Assembly: GCF_006345805.1 (NCBI RefSeq)
Contig: NC_042999.1
Location: forward strand, 91,698,001 to 91,762,000
Length of the DNA stretch: 64,000 nucleotides
Source: Octopus sinensis
Taxonomy: Eukaryota
Direction of reading: 5' to 3'
Every line of letters begins with the position of its first letter. Position 1 is the stretch's first letter. Position numbers and translations under genes: made by a program. The notes beneath the pieces are model-generated. The model was not told where the DNA came from. It searched no databases and saw only the letters and a list, made by a program, of their open reading frames with translations. This document shows positions 10,351-23,730 of the stretch, piece by piece.

Positions 10351-12162
10351 GTTTAAGATGTAAATATTTTAGTGGTAATTTCATAGCATAATTTATGTTT
10401 GTCTAACGGTATTTAGCTTCGTACTTTTAAACACATTAGAAATATTTAAGTCATAGTTATTTCGATTGCTGACACTTGGCATAAACGCTACCCAATTTTT
10501 ATTTTCTCTACCTAGAATTCATATTTTATTTTATGATGCCCAGGTATTATTTTATGCATCATTATCTATATTTCTATAACTCATTTATGAATAACTATAC
10601 ATATAGTTTCCTGGTTTTCATTAACAGAAAAGTACTGAAATAGACATTTTGTGATAAACAACTGTTATTAACAATAAGAACCATTTTGAGATACATTAGT
10701 TTGATAAAAATTGTATGTTTGTGCATATTTATCCTGCACAAAAATTGTTGTTATATATGTTAATAGTACTACCAATTATTTGCGATGGTACATTCACGGT
10801 AGGCAAGAAATCTTACATTCACTTAAATGACAACATAATCTCATTTACTACATTACTCGCGTGGTCTAAAATCCGCTACATACCTGTAAAACCCGAGTAT
10901 CGAAACTTATTTACTTGCCGATTTGTGTTGTCTGCATACAACACAAATGCTTCCATATCAGCAAACATTAAAATTCCTTGTTCAACCATGACACTTCTGA
11001 AACACTTCATTTCTTAATTCGCTCTCACCTCTTTACCATCATCTAACAATTATAAGAACTGACCACCTTAGGGACTAGATTTCACACAAAAGGTATGTCA
11101 TGTCAGATATAATAACAATAGTAAATTGAAACAGTTAATTCAATAATAAATATATTACTTGACTAGATTGATGCTTTCCTTTTCTTTTACTTCAAACATG
11201 TTTGCACATGGATTAAGTTCTGAGAGAATTTAGTACATTGCTTACAAATGCGTTTTTATCAATTTGATAGTAATAATACCTCTGTCTCCCTGCCTTTCAA
11301 TTAATATATTAATCCAATTAATCACGTACTCATATGTTTAAATGTATATGTGCATAGGTGTGTGTGTATGTGTGCACGCGCGCACGTTTTGCCTGCGCGA
11401 ATCCCCACGATAAGTGTTAGAACTACTCGTTTTAACTTTAATCAGTTGTGGATGAATATTTTTTGCCGTATTGCCGGAAATATCAAACACATGTCCTTCC
11501 GCACGCACATGCACACGAGGACACACACACTCACACATACACATACACATACACACACATACGGTCACATAATATGTATGCATAGAATCTGTCTCATGAT
11601 TGGATCATCAATTAAACCAGTAACCCTACTAAGCCTGCTTGATAATGAGAGTCGTTTCCTTTGAGCACCTTGCATGACGAAAAGCAGAATAAGTCAAAGA
11701 GCAGATGAATTCTGTGGAGTAAACAGCAATCCAGCAACTAGGAGTGAAAACACCCTACTTCTTGTTGACAAATCTCTCAAGGAAAAAGAAAACTCTGGTG
11801 CAACATCTGCGACATTATTTCATCTAATAATACAGAGTAATTCTTTTGGGATATATGCATGCGCTATTTAGAGAATAGCATCTGCCATATGAAAGACCTT
11901 CCTTCTCTTCGAAATTCTTCAAGCACAGACATCTTTGTTGTGTTTAGCGCAGTTTGAGCGATCAATGCGCAAAAATGCAACACACTCATGAAAAATTCCA
12001 TACTTCACTGAAGGAATGGGTCGCCATGGATGATTGCTACAAAAGACGCTGATCGTAGCCACGCAGATTCAAATGTGTGGAGGTCACTAGCAGGCAAGCA
12101 GAATTGAAAAGCTACCTTCACGTGCACACGTTTAAGAGAACAATCAAATAATGATGTTATAT

Positions 12163-12195
<33 letters not shown>

Positions 12196-12887
12196 TACAC
12201 ACACACCTACACACACACACATATATATATATATGAACACTTGTGTATGCGTATGTGCGTATGCTTTTGCTTATCTCTGTGTGTGTATACATATATATAT
12301 ATGCATATATATATATTCATATATATATATACACGCACACACGCACGCACGCACGCACATATACTAAAAATTAATATAAAGAGCCAGGCAGAATGTGATA
12401 CTTAAAGGAAAAATTCAATCGCCACTGACTGTGACTAAGGGTGCAGAAGAATAAGAGTTAAATGAATTAGAGTTAAAATACTCTTCTTGCTAAAGAGCAG
12501 AAATGCATACAGCTTGGTTTGCAATGCTTGCAGTCGTGTATGCTTGTCAAGAGCAGGGCTCATTAAACACCAACGCAGCCGCAAATGCAAAATATGAGTT
12601 AGTCCTAGAGTGCACAATGTTCCTGAAGGTCAGCAATAATCTTCTTTAGTCACGAATGGACGGCCATGATGTGTGTGTGTGTGTGATTATATATATATAT
12701 AAAGTAGAAAAAATAGCTAAGGTTTTTGGCTGCTATTTCTAAACTTGGGTATGTGGTAAAGCAAATCTTTACTGAACCCTAATTATTAAGTATTACTTAA
12801 GTTTACCGTGAAATGGTCCTTTTTTCATGCCGAATTCTACTTGGTGAAATTATTGATACTTCTTGATTAATTAATTTTACCCTTTGT

Positions 12888-12933
<46 letters not shown>

Positions 12934-15604
12934 TTATGTACCATACTTGATGTATATGTCTTCTGTATTTGTCGAGGGATAAAATTCTTTATGGACATGT
13001 AGTGTTTAAATTTACAATAAATGTCAAAAATTGAAAATTCGCCCAAGCAGCAGGTAGCAAAACGCCTGATTCATTTTGGCTAAACTGAACTGGTCCAATG
13101 GTGTGTGCTCGCAGTTAATCTCTTACCTAGACTAGATTGGTCACCTCTGATATACAAAAATGTGTAAAATTTTCACTAATGTTATGAATAACTACCCGGC
13201 TATTCATAAAACGAACGAAGGAAAATCTGATGTGTGCAACTGAAGCAGTATTAAATTCATATACTCTAATAATGTTCTATATTTAATCTATATATAGTGT
13301 TCAAAGGTTGGTTACTGCGATATTCATACAGAGATAACATATTCACGGTTTCCCGTACTGAAAGTGACGATTTCCTCTAAGCAGGTGGCCTTTTACGAGT
13401 ACATAGTATTGATAAGTTTAAACTTCCTCTCCTTTCGACATATTGTTTTTAAGTACAGTACATCCATAAAAGAATGAATACTGCAATAATTTACTTCTCA
13501 ACAATACATATACATTAGTTATGGATACACAGATTATTATATGTGAACTAAAATCTAAAAATATTAAGCGTGATTGTTTCGTAAAATAGTTTGTGAATTA
13601 AAATATTAGAGTATAGCTAGAGTAAAGATATTTTATAGTTTGTTAATGTTTATTCTTAAAGCTAAATTATATTTTCACAGATAAATACATTTCTTTTTAT
13701 CTATCTACTCTATTTTTTTTACCTTAAGCTTTTAACATGATAAATGGATTATAGGCACCTGGTCCTACTATTTTAAGTTTTAAATTTAGTTAATGGAGTT
13801 TCTTCTATAAGAACAATCATGATTCTATTTGTTTAAGAAATATTATTTAATTCTATTTGATTATTTATTTAACTAGTATTGTTGTTATTGTTGACCTGAG
13901 GAGTGACTATACTTTTGAATTGAATTATTTTTCAATTAAATTTCAATTTAATTTAATTCGAATTTAAATTATAACCATGAAACGTACGTAGTCTTTTTAC
14001 TTATTATATATTGTTTATTCAGTTTTGTAATTTTGTAATCTAGTTATATGTTTTAAAATAGATTTTATTTTTATTTATGATTTGGTTTATGTCTATCATT
14101 GTTTGAATTGCATAATAGTCGTTTTTCTCTAATATATATATATATATATTCAACATGTTTCAGCTTTAAAGCTGCGGTGGTGCAGGGGCACCAACAGCAC
14201 ATACATATAAATAATAACACCCACCTCCCACTGAACACTAACAAAATGAACTTCAATCAGTTCACTTCGAGGATGACCAAATAAATAAACTCTGATGAAG
14301 TTACACTGATAATATTGCGAGGTTTCATTCGCAACAGTGAGTAATCGCTGCAACGGAATCACGTGTAGGTCATTATAATATAGTGTATATAGCTATACAC
14401 TCCAGACAATTTTTAATGTCCAGAGAAGAGAATATGAAATTACCCATCGGAAAGATTCACGAAGTGACTAACGACTAAATGTAGTCACAGACATTAGATA
14501 CTGATCGTTGTGGTTAGCCGTTAACTGGAACTTAACTGAGAGTAAATACGGTATCTCCCCCCCCACAGATAATATATCTCTCCAGACTCATACACACACA
14601 CACTCACTCACACACACGCACTTAGACTTGAGTGGGTGTGTATGCACAGCTCAACCAACACACACCAGCACAACTAGATATTTACAAACACTGGTACCTC
14701 TGTTGGCTTGAAAAATTTTGTCACCTTCTTAGGAAAGGAAATTATACTTTCCTTCGATTAACACCGTAAAGATAAAACACTATTTGAGGCTTATGTGACA
14801 TTTTAATGAAGAAAAGAATATCTCTGTGCATCTACCACAATCCGAATGTGTGGTCATTTATGAACCTTGTTGAAATTGAAGTTCTTCAGGAAAATAGAGT
14901 GTCGGCTATCCATAAAGAAAAAAAAATTCTGTAATATTACAAACTGTTGAATACCTAATGCCGCGAAACATGCAATGCTCCTGCAACTTAATATACCTTT
15001 TTTTAAAAAAAAATAGTATCAAGTGGTCTAAGGGATTATAGAAAAATCAGTCTAAAACGACCAATTTCTCAATTAACTGTGCTAGTAAAAGATCGATAAT
15101 GATACATCAGAGGAATTACAAATGACTCGAAATGATAATTAAATTTAAGGCTTTATGTTAAACGAAATCCACTAACCATTCTTAATTATAACTCTATGCA
15201 ACGGATTTTTAAATATGAAAGTATTACACGCAACATCATTGAAGCTTTTTGAATACAAAATATCAAGGACTTCTCATAAAACAGTAATGTGAGAAATCCC
15301 TTCAGAACATAAAATAAATATTTAATCATTTTTAAAATCTTTTAGTCAAATACGGGAGAAATTAATTCATCTCTCATTTAACTAGTTGATGGAAAGGTTT
15401 TCATAATAGCGACTCAAATAATAGTTATGGAATCATTAAATCTTCTTTAAAAAAAACTAAACAAGCGGGTAGTTGACAGAAAAAAAACAATGGAAAAAAG
15501 AATAAAATATTTCGAGAATCATTAACGAACAAGTCTCATATGAAGTTTATGGCATAGATTGACGTAATATTTCACTGAGAAGTTTTGACCGCCACTCACT
15601 AAAC

Positions 15605-16011
15605 ACATACGAACAAATACATACATACATACATACATACATACATACATACATACATGCATGCATACATACAGACATACATACATATACACATGCATAC
15701 ATACAGACATACACGCAGCCTTGGATCTTGGTTAGAAACTGGCTCTTTATTGGCAAGAAATCTTGAAATAAAACTGAATAATGATATACATACATATGTA
15801 CGTACAAACAAAGATACATACATGCATGCGTATATACATACATGTACAAACATATGAATAGATATGAATGTATATAAAAAGCTACAAGCATATATAATCT
15901 CACATTGTGTGTGTGTGTGCGTGTGACAGTGTGTGTGTGTATCTCTGCATCACGTTCATACGTATGGATATAACCTCTCACTCTATGCGTGTATATATAT
16001 ATATATAATAT

Positions 16012-16045
<34 letters not shown>

Positions 16046-16080
16046 ATAAATAAATAAATATATATATATACATATATATA
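15605..16080. repeat. (TACA)n / (TG)n / (TA)n low-complexity block
   Basis: Direct reading. Confidence 0.9.
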
Positions 16081-16272
16081 CACCTACACACAACCCAAAA
16101 CGCCTAAAATTCCAGAAAAAATTAATTGAAACTCGCATTGTCGACCTGCAGGGAAGTACCATCCGATATTCTGTAAGATTCTTGAGATTTGAGGAGACTT
16201 TTCACCAAACCTTAAGATAAATACCTGCGAACTAAAATTAGCTTGCACAAGCGCAATAATAAATAGTCTTAA

Positions 16273-16483
16273 TACTCCTTTCTGCTACAGACACAAGGCC
16301 TTAAATTCGGGGGAGGGGGTTAGTCGATTAAATTGACCCCAATGCGCTACTGATAATTATTTAATCGATCCCAAAATGATGAAAAACAAAGTCGACCTCG
16401 GCGGAACTTGAACTGAAGACATGAAGGCCGAAAGGATGCTATGCATTTCGCCCGGTGTGCTAACTATTCTGCCAGCTCGCCGC
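16273..16483 (-). mobile_element. tRNA-derived SINE, family A
   Basis: Reverse complement starts GCGGCGAGCTGGCAGAA..GCACACCGGGCGAAATGC, has a B-box-like GTTCAAGTTCC and a GTCGAC..TCATC..GATCGAT core; homologous to 38964-39173. Confidence 0.85.
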
Positions 16484-16589
16484 ATTTGATAATAATAATA
16501 GTAATAATAATAACGATGATGATGATAATAACAATAACAAAAACAACAATAATAATGATGATGATGATGATGATGATGATAATGGTTTC

Positions 16590-16709
16590 TAATTTTGCCA
16601 TAAGTTCAGCGATTTGGGGGCGAAAGGGATGAGTCAATTACATCGACCTCAATGTTTCAACGGTACTTATTTCATCGACCCCGAAAGGATGAAAGGTAAA
16701 GTCGGCGGA
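16590..16709 (-). mobile_element. SINE family A, partial
   Basis: CCTTTCATCCTTTCGGGGTCGATGAAATAAGTACC core on the minus strand. Confidence 0.8.
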
Positions 16710-16722
16710 GTAATAATAATAA

Positions 16723-17045
16723 TGTGACGAAGAACTGGAAAAGATGGAGAAATATTACTAAAAGACAAAATTGCAAGAATGTGGACAATGAGAAGAGTGT
16801 CTATCATCCAACTAACTGTAGGGACACTCGGAGCACTAACAACCAAGTTTGAGAAATATGTCAGAGAAATCAGAATTGACATGAGAGCAGAGCAAGCCCC
16901 GTAACTGTTATACTGGGGACAACTCAGATTTTGAGATCGGTACCTGGGTGTTCAATGTCTTCCATGATAATTACCAACCGATTATCAAAACTTATAAAGT
17001 GCGGAAAGAGACTCTGACAACAAGCTGCTGTCCACTCTCACAGAA
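16723..17045 (+). mobile_element. R4/Dong-clade 3' stub
   Basis: EELEKMEKY..IARMWTMRRV..VGTLGAL..EKYVREIRIDMRAEQA; 3' UTR homologous to 23476-23710. Confidence 0.78.
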
Positions 17046-17296
17046 TCCACTCTACCCACCAGAATAACCAATAACACGCATTGAAGAAAATATAAGTAAC
17101 TGCAGAATATGGAGTGATGGAGTAGAAAAATAATCATACTGTTTCTGGTTACCCGATCTTGCCGAAGAAAGAATACGTCCATAGACATGACAGAATTAGG
17201 ACTTGTATACTCTGAAAGCAGTGCCAGCACTAACGAATGACAACAGGGAAACGCTGGTAAGGTTTCAGAAAATGCACCTACACTGTAGGATATGTC

Positions 17297-17343
<47 letters not shown>

Positions 17344-17761
17344 AAAGAGAGATCAAAACTAAAAGCCAGATATTGCTGCCAGTGACCACCAAGCGAAGAA
17401 AAAGTCCTTTCTAAACGGCACCTCCGTCCCAACAGATGACAGTGTATCTTAAAAAAACGGAGAAACTCTCTAAGAATAAAGACCTAGAAATAGAGAAAAC
17501 TTGATGACTTGAAGACAGATATAATTCTTATAATAATAGGTGCATTTGACATGGTTAAAAAACATACAGACAAATATACCAAAACTTACGAATATATATA
17601 ACATACAGAAAATAGCACTGGTATGCACTGTGAACATTCTACATAAAACATTGCCAGTACAGTAAGAATAACAACACGAAGAAACAAACCACATAACATA
17701 TCTAAAGCACATAGACCTGCGCTCGTTGGCACAGTGAAAGCACGTAATAAAAATATAAGTA

Positions 17762-17764
<3 letters not shown>
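17046..17764 (+). mobile_element. Older decayed copy of the same family as 544-4523 (3' ~700 bp)
   Basis: Colinear with 3820-4523 (AGTAACTGCAGAATAT, CATAGACATGACAGA, AAAGACCTAGAAATAGAG, CTGCGCTCG..GTGAAAGCACG, ACTG-AATAAT tail). Confidence 0.82.
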
Positions 17765-17825
<61 letters not shown>

Positions 17826-17845
17826 TAATAATAATAATAATAATA

Positions 17846-18322
17846 TTGTCTTGGTATAAAAGATGGGCTACAGCAAATATTCTGCTCAATACCACAGATT
17901 TGCTTGTCAGTTGTTTGACCTTAACCAGTTGAGCATCTCTCTTAGTGGCTGACGATATGTGCATCTCTGATCACGAGCAGAAGTAGTGGGGGAGCATCAT
18001 AGCCATGTGTTGAGAGGGATTCTTTGGGGTTTGAATAGTTCACCTCTGGAAACATGGGTGGTTCTTTCAACATCCTTAAGCAACCCTTATTCAGGGACCG
18101 TTTGAGCGGGATGGGCTACTCAACCTGAAGAAAATTCTAACTGGGCCCCACCTGCAATGTAATGTGCTGTTTATCTTGATATGAGATCACCATGTCGCGC
18201 ACATATGGTTGTGATGCATTTGCCTGGTGTACCTTTATCAGACGGGTAGTCATGATGGGTATATTGGGCTTCGTATATTTTACCCCAGTGTCACTTTGAT
18301 GGCATGAACTGCTCTCTCACTC
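17846..18322 (+). mobile_element. AAT-470 element, copy 2
   Basis: Near-identical to 9151-9617, about 10 nt longer at the left end, same right end, AAT tracts on both sides. Confidence 0.85.
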
Positions 18323-18359
<37 letters not shown>

Positions 18360-19050
18360 TAAAACTTCCATTTCTCCAAAGTCAACAATAGTTAAAAGAA
18401 CCAGAAAGCTATTGAAAATACATAATCCACACCAGCGTAGAAGTAACATCGACAGGCTCTACGTACCAAAACAAAAAAAAAAGGAAAGCAGGGGATCTGT
18501 TTAACGCAGTAAACATCACCAGTATTGCAATATTGGTTTATAAAAATTCTGAGCTTTGTGAAGAAAGAATATTATCTTAGACCAGAAATATTCGAAATGT
18601 TACTGAAAGAAAGAAAATTAAATAACAGAAAGTAGGACAAAAGTAATGGGAGTCTGATTGATGCAACAAACCGAGGATGTTGAAAATAACGAACGTTGAG
18701 TAACGTTGGCTGACAGATGGTACCCTGAAACGAGAAATTCGAACGCTAATCATAGTCGGTCTGTAACAAAACATTAGACCGAAATTCATAAAGACAAAGA
18801 TGCATATAAGACCATCTGTGGAATCTGTGGAAAAGTTAACCAAAATATTAACTAAGTCCTTGGTGAATACTGTAAACTAGTATTAAAAAATGTATAAGCA
18901 CAGACATAACCGTCGGTATTAGGATAATAGCTAAGTTCGTGGATTGAAAATGATGGAAAATTATTATGAATACAAGCCAGAAGCAGTGATAGTAAATGAC
19001 AGATAATTACAGGATTTCATAGGGTTACTTTTTAGAGGCTGACCAAACTA
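18360..19050 (+). mobile_element. Heavily decayed R4/Dong-clade fragment
   Basis: HP..SNIDRLYVP..(G)RG motif near 18425-18500 and a YEYKPEAVI-like remnant near 18960. Confidence 0.55.
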
Positions 19051-20102
19051 TGGTAAAAAGAAGCATATAATTGTAGAGACGAAAATGAAAAGCAGTTTAC
19101 GATTTTAGATTTTGCAAATTTAGATAGAGTGAACATGAATGAAATTGAGGTAAGTGAGAAATACTCGGGTATTATCAGGATGGCAATAGTGAATACTTTT
19201 CCAACAGTAATTTGTGCATTTGACCAAGTTTGAAATGAGATATGTCAAGTATCAAGAGACAAGAGTAAGTATCATAGTCAATATTACTGGCTACGATGTT
19301 TCCTTGAATATATTGTGACAAGAACCTATGGACAGGTTTACGGTGCACCAAATCGATTTGTTGCTTCAGCTCACCCCAAGCCTTGAACGCCAAACATATG
19401 CATCCATATGCAATACTTCGGATGAAATAAACCACATAATTCCAAATATCAGTCCATGCTTTCTTTGACTGCACATTTTAATCTATGGTTAAAATTCCCA
19501 GACATTTAAGTAGCAGCTTTGGGTATGTAACATTCTGGCATGCTTTAATTATTTATTCATTCATTCATTCATTCAATTATTTATTATATTGTGGAGAGCT
19601 GACCCAGGTTCAGGATATATTTTCGGATTGCAACATAGTGAAAGATTTGCTGTATTTTACTCCTTCTGTTGTTGTTGCTTCTTATTTATAAAATTGTCCA
19701 TTTTTTCTGCGTAGTGAAAATGCTTGAGTGTCGTAGATAATTTTTATTTGTTATTCTTTTTCGAAAACAAAATATTTTTATTTACCATATTTTCGTAAAC
19801 ATCTTCGAAATTTTTGCGTAGGTGTATGCATCTGCCTTTGCAGCCAGCACCTCCTTCCACTCCATAGTTTACACAAAGTTTACGCAAGTAAGTTAAATTC
19901 GTAGTTTGAAATATATAAACACGACCAACAGCAAGTATTTATATTACTCACTGTAAACAAAGTAGACATTGAAATGTTCCAAAGAATAATACTAAAAAAT
20001 GCATTATACAAAACGTAGTAAACTTAGTAATATTCAATGTTCTGGTAACTCCATTCTAGTGGATGGTCCATTGCAAAAATGAATAATGAATTAATAAAGA
20101 TA

Positions 20103-20164
<62 letters not shown>

Positions 20165-20169
<5 letters not shown>

Positions 20170-21132
20170 GTAATAATAATGATAATATTACTAAAATAGA
20201 TGTATACACCTACTCAAGAATTTCGAAGATATTTCGAAATCATTGTAAAGACGAACATTTTGTTTATAAAACTGAATGAAACTGAAAGTAGGTGGATAAA
20301 GAAAAGAATGCATGGACAATTTCATAGGGATGTTAAAGATAAGACAGACAGAGAAAAAAGATGGTTATGGATGACTAAAAGTGATTTAAAACCGGAAACG
20401 GAGATTCTAATCTGTGCTGCCCAAGAACAAGCACTAAGAACAAATTAGATCAAATACAGAATAGACAACACATGAGAAAGGGATGAGTGCAGAATTTGTG
20501 GACAAAATGTTGAAACTGTATGGCATATTACCAGTCAATGTATGTCACTAGCCCAGAAAGAATTTAAGAGACGCCATTGAACACTTTACAACAAGTTTGG
20601 ACTTGTCAGAGCAAAAAAGTGGTACGAACATAAACCCGAAGGCATCATCGAAAATACAAATGAAAAGATGCTATGGGATTTTATGATTCATTGCGACCAC
20701 CAGATAGAAAATAGGAAAGCAGACATAGTGTTAATAGAGAAAGAAAGCAAACAATGCTGGATCATAGATATAGGAAGCCCAGCTGACAACAAGGTAAGCT
20801 ATAAGGAAGAAAGAGAAGTCGATAGATATAACAGGTTAGCTTGGGAGGTTAAGCAGTTGTAGTCGCTGAAAAAGGTGGTAGTAGTACCAATAATAGTAGG
20901 AGCCCTGGAAACAGCGAGTAAACATTTTGAGAAGTACATGGAACAAATAGGAGCTGCAATAAGAGTGGAGCACTTGCAGTAAACAGCACTTCTTGGAACT
21001 ACTCGAATACTCCTGATGGCGCTTGAAAAATAAGGGGTGTTACCTTAGTTCACTGATAATGAATTGCTGTCACCGTGGTACATCTCCAGTGTTAGCTGTG
21101 CAAAGGCAACAACACCAACAACAACCACCATG
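20165..21132 (+). mobile_element. Duplication unit 1: R4/Dong-clade 3' fragment
   Basis: KKRMHGQFHRD, DLKPETEILICAAQEQALRTN, CRICGQNVETVWHI, LWDFMIHCDH..KADIVLI..IIDIGSPAD..DRYNRLAWE. Confidence 0.88.
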
Positions 21133-21202
<70 letters not shown>

Positions 21203-21207
<5 letters not shown>

Positions 21208-22170
21208 GTAATAATAATGATAATATTACTAAAATAGATGTATACACCTACTCAAGAATTTCGAAGATATTTCGAAATCATTGTAAAGACGAACATTTTG
21301 TTTATAAAACTGAATGAAACTGAAAGTAGGTGGATAAAGAAAAGAATGCATGGACAATTTCATAGGGATGTTAAAGATAAGACAGACAGAGAAAAAAGAT
21401 GGTTATGGATGACTAAAAGTGATTTAAAACCGGAAACGGAGATTCTAATCTGTGCTGCCCAAGAACAAGCACTAAGAACAAATTAGATCAAATACAGAAT
21501 AGACAACACATGAGAAAGGGATGAGTGCAGAATTTGTGGACAAAATGTTGAAACTGTATGGCATATTACCAGTCAATGTATGTCACTAGCCCAGAAAGAA
21601 TTTAAGAGACGCCATTGAACACTTTACAACAAGTTTGGACTTGTCAGAGCAAAAAAGTGGTACGAACATAAACCCGAAGGCATCATCGAAAATACAAATG
21701 AAAAGATGCTATGGGATTTTATGATTCATTGCGACCACCAGATAGAAAATAGGAAAGCAGACATAGTGTTAATAGAGAAAGAAAGCAAACAATGCTGGAT
21801 CATAGATATAGGAAGCCCAGCTGACAACAAGGTAAGCTATAAGGAAGAAAGAGAAGTCGATAGATATAACAGGTTAGCTTGGGAGGTTAAGCAGTTGTAG
21901 TCGCTGAAAAAGGTGGTAGTAGTACCAATAATAGTAGGAGCCCTGGAAACAGCGAGTAAACATTTTGAGAAGTACATGGAACAAATAGGAGCTGCAATAA
22001 GAGTGGAGCACTTGCAGTAAACAGCACTTCTTGGAACTACTCGAATACTCCTGATGGCGCTTGAAAAATAAGGGGTGTTACCTTAGTTCACTGATAATGA
22101 ATTGCTGTCACCGTGGTACATCTCCAGTGTTAGCTGTGCAAAGGCAACAACACCAACAACAACCACCATG
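21203..22170 (+). mobile_element. Duplication unit 2, apparently identical to unit 1 (offset 1038 bp)
   Basis: ORF-track entries 20200/21238 and 20668/21706 are identical; I saw no difference by eye. Confidence 0.9.
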
Positions 22171-22234
<64 letters not shown>

Positions 22235-22279
22235 TAATAACAACAACAACAACAACACAACAACGACAATAACACTTGT

Positions 22280-23158
22280 ATTTTTATTTTATTTTTTACT
22301 TTCTGTCAATACCGGTGAAGAGTGTTGAGTGCCCATCACTTATGAAATGCCCCAACGGCTTACGCAAGACCCGTGCTCTGACAGTCAAGCCCGACTCCTT
22401 CCTCAAACAAACAGCAGAAGAGTGGGAAAAGCTGAGTATTTGTCGTCTTCAAATAACCAGTGCTCCGGGTAGGATGTACTCGTTAGCCTTGAATAGCAAG
22501 CAGCCTAGGAGAAGGAACACTGTGAGTTCAAAACCTGAGGAGCAAGGTCCCTGCCGCCTTGGCGGACTACCTTGATAGAGATGATGTCTCGATAAAAATA
22601 CCGGTTGGTGGTAACCTAAAAACACACCTCATTTGTGAGTGAAAATACCAAGCAAAATAAATGACGATAACGGTGCAAAGGGAACTGGAACCAATGGTAA
22701 ATGTGCCACACTGGCAGCTGCCTCACTACAGCAGGGTTGACTCGGTCGTAATCCAGCAAGTGCTAGCCATGCTACAAGACATATGTGGAGAAGAGAACGA
22801 TGGTCATGGAGTAAAACTACCAGAGCACGCTAGTGGATGCGAATGGTGTGCCTGTCAGAGGGTACAGAAAACGAATGCACTGTGAATAGAAGGCAATGGA
22901 ACTGTTTCAAATTACTGAACAGAGATTAAGTGACCAAGAAAGAGCAATACGAACGAATGGATAGTTTTCAGAATTGGAGCTAGATTCCATTAAAAGAAGG
23001 GTATTGGGTGATGTTTAGGCATGCGAGAAACAATAGTGGTATTGTGGAAGAGATGGGCAATTCTTTGCAAGGATATAATACTGCGAATTGTGAAAGAAGT
23101 GAGACCAGTGACTACTCAAACAATGGAGGTCGATTAATAAGGGACAGAATTTTGGATC
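22280..23158 (+). mobile_element. 5' end (UTR + N-terminal domain) of an R4/Dong-clade LINE
   Basis: Frame with stops reads VME*NYQSTLVDANGVPVRGYRKRMHCE*KAMELFQITEQRLSDQERAIRTNG*FSELELDSIKRRV, the RGYRKRM..EQRL.DQ.RAI..W.SELE N-terminal signature of this clade. Confidence 0.75.
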
Positions 23159-23160
23159 TA

Positions 23161-23475
23161 TGAGGGTGAGTCAAAAAGTGATGCCATTTTGTTTAGATGT
23201 ATGATTACCAACACAGGAACATGTATCATACATCAAAATGAAGCTGGTCCTCTGTGGATCACATCCTTACTTCTTAACATAGTCGCCGTTTCTCTCAGTA
23301 GCAATATTCCACCTTCGAATGAGAGCATTATCCCTGCCCCGTAAAATTCTGTTGATTGTTTTTTGAGCCACTTCTTCACTACAGTTTTCACTTCCTCGAC
23401 ACTGGAATAATTTAGCGCCTTCAGACTATCGTCTCTTCGGCTCCATGAAAGAGGGTTTGAGAGGCAAACATTATG
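23161..23475. mobile_element. Mariner (Tc1/mariner) 3' remnant with an internal inversion
   Basis: TA + TIR-like TGAGGGTGAGTCAAAAAGT at 23159. Minus strand 23161-23405 reads EEVKTVVKKWLKKQSTEFY..RRWNIATERNGDYV. Plus strand 23409-23475 reads LAPSDYRLFGSMKEGLRGKHY. Confidence 0.8.
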
Positions 23476-23730
23476 TCAGAGAAATTGAAATTGACATAAG
23501 AGCAGAGCAAGCCCAAAACTCTGTTCTGCTGGCGACAGCTAGGATTTTGAGATTGGTACTTGGATGTTGAGTGTCTCCTACGATAATTAGCAACCAAATA
23601 TCAAACCTTATAACGTTCGGAAAGAGATCCTGTGAGACCTCTGACTGTAGGTTGCTGTCAGCTCTCACAGAATCTACGTGTCAAACAAGACCGCACGTTC
23701 TGAGAAGTAAAACAACAACAACAACAACAT
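23476..23730 (+). mobile_element. R4/Dong-clade 3' end with (AAC)n tail
   Basis: Homologous to 16861-17045 (TCAGAGAAAT..ATTGACAT.AGAGCAGAGCAAGCCC..GATTTTGAGAT). Confidence 0.78.

Noticed and set aside
11620-12660. GC-richer blocks as host exons or transposase remnants
   Set aside because: No frame gave a recognisable motif, all have stops, and I found no convincing splice-site pair.
14285-14335. CTGATGAAG on the plus strand
   Set aside because: No downstream stem II-GAAA; a chance match.
14164-14335. Possible exon between TTTCAG and GTGAGT
   Set aside because: All three frames stop within it and the peptides are unrecognisable. A non-coding exon cannot be assessed from sequence alone.
19160-19480. 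99-aa minus-strand ORF as an RT or host gene fragment
   Set aside because: No diagnostic motif could be confirmed.
20103-22230. Tandem repeats here and at 56387-56472 as CRISPR-like arrays
   Set aside because: There is no repeat-spacer structure and no cas genes, and the context is eukaryotic.
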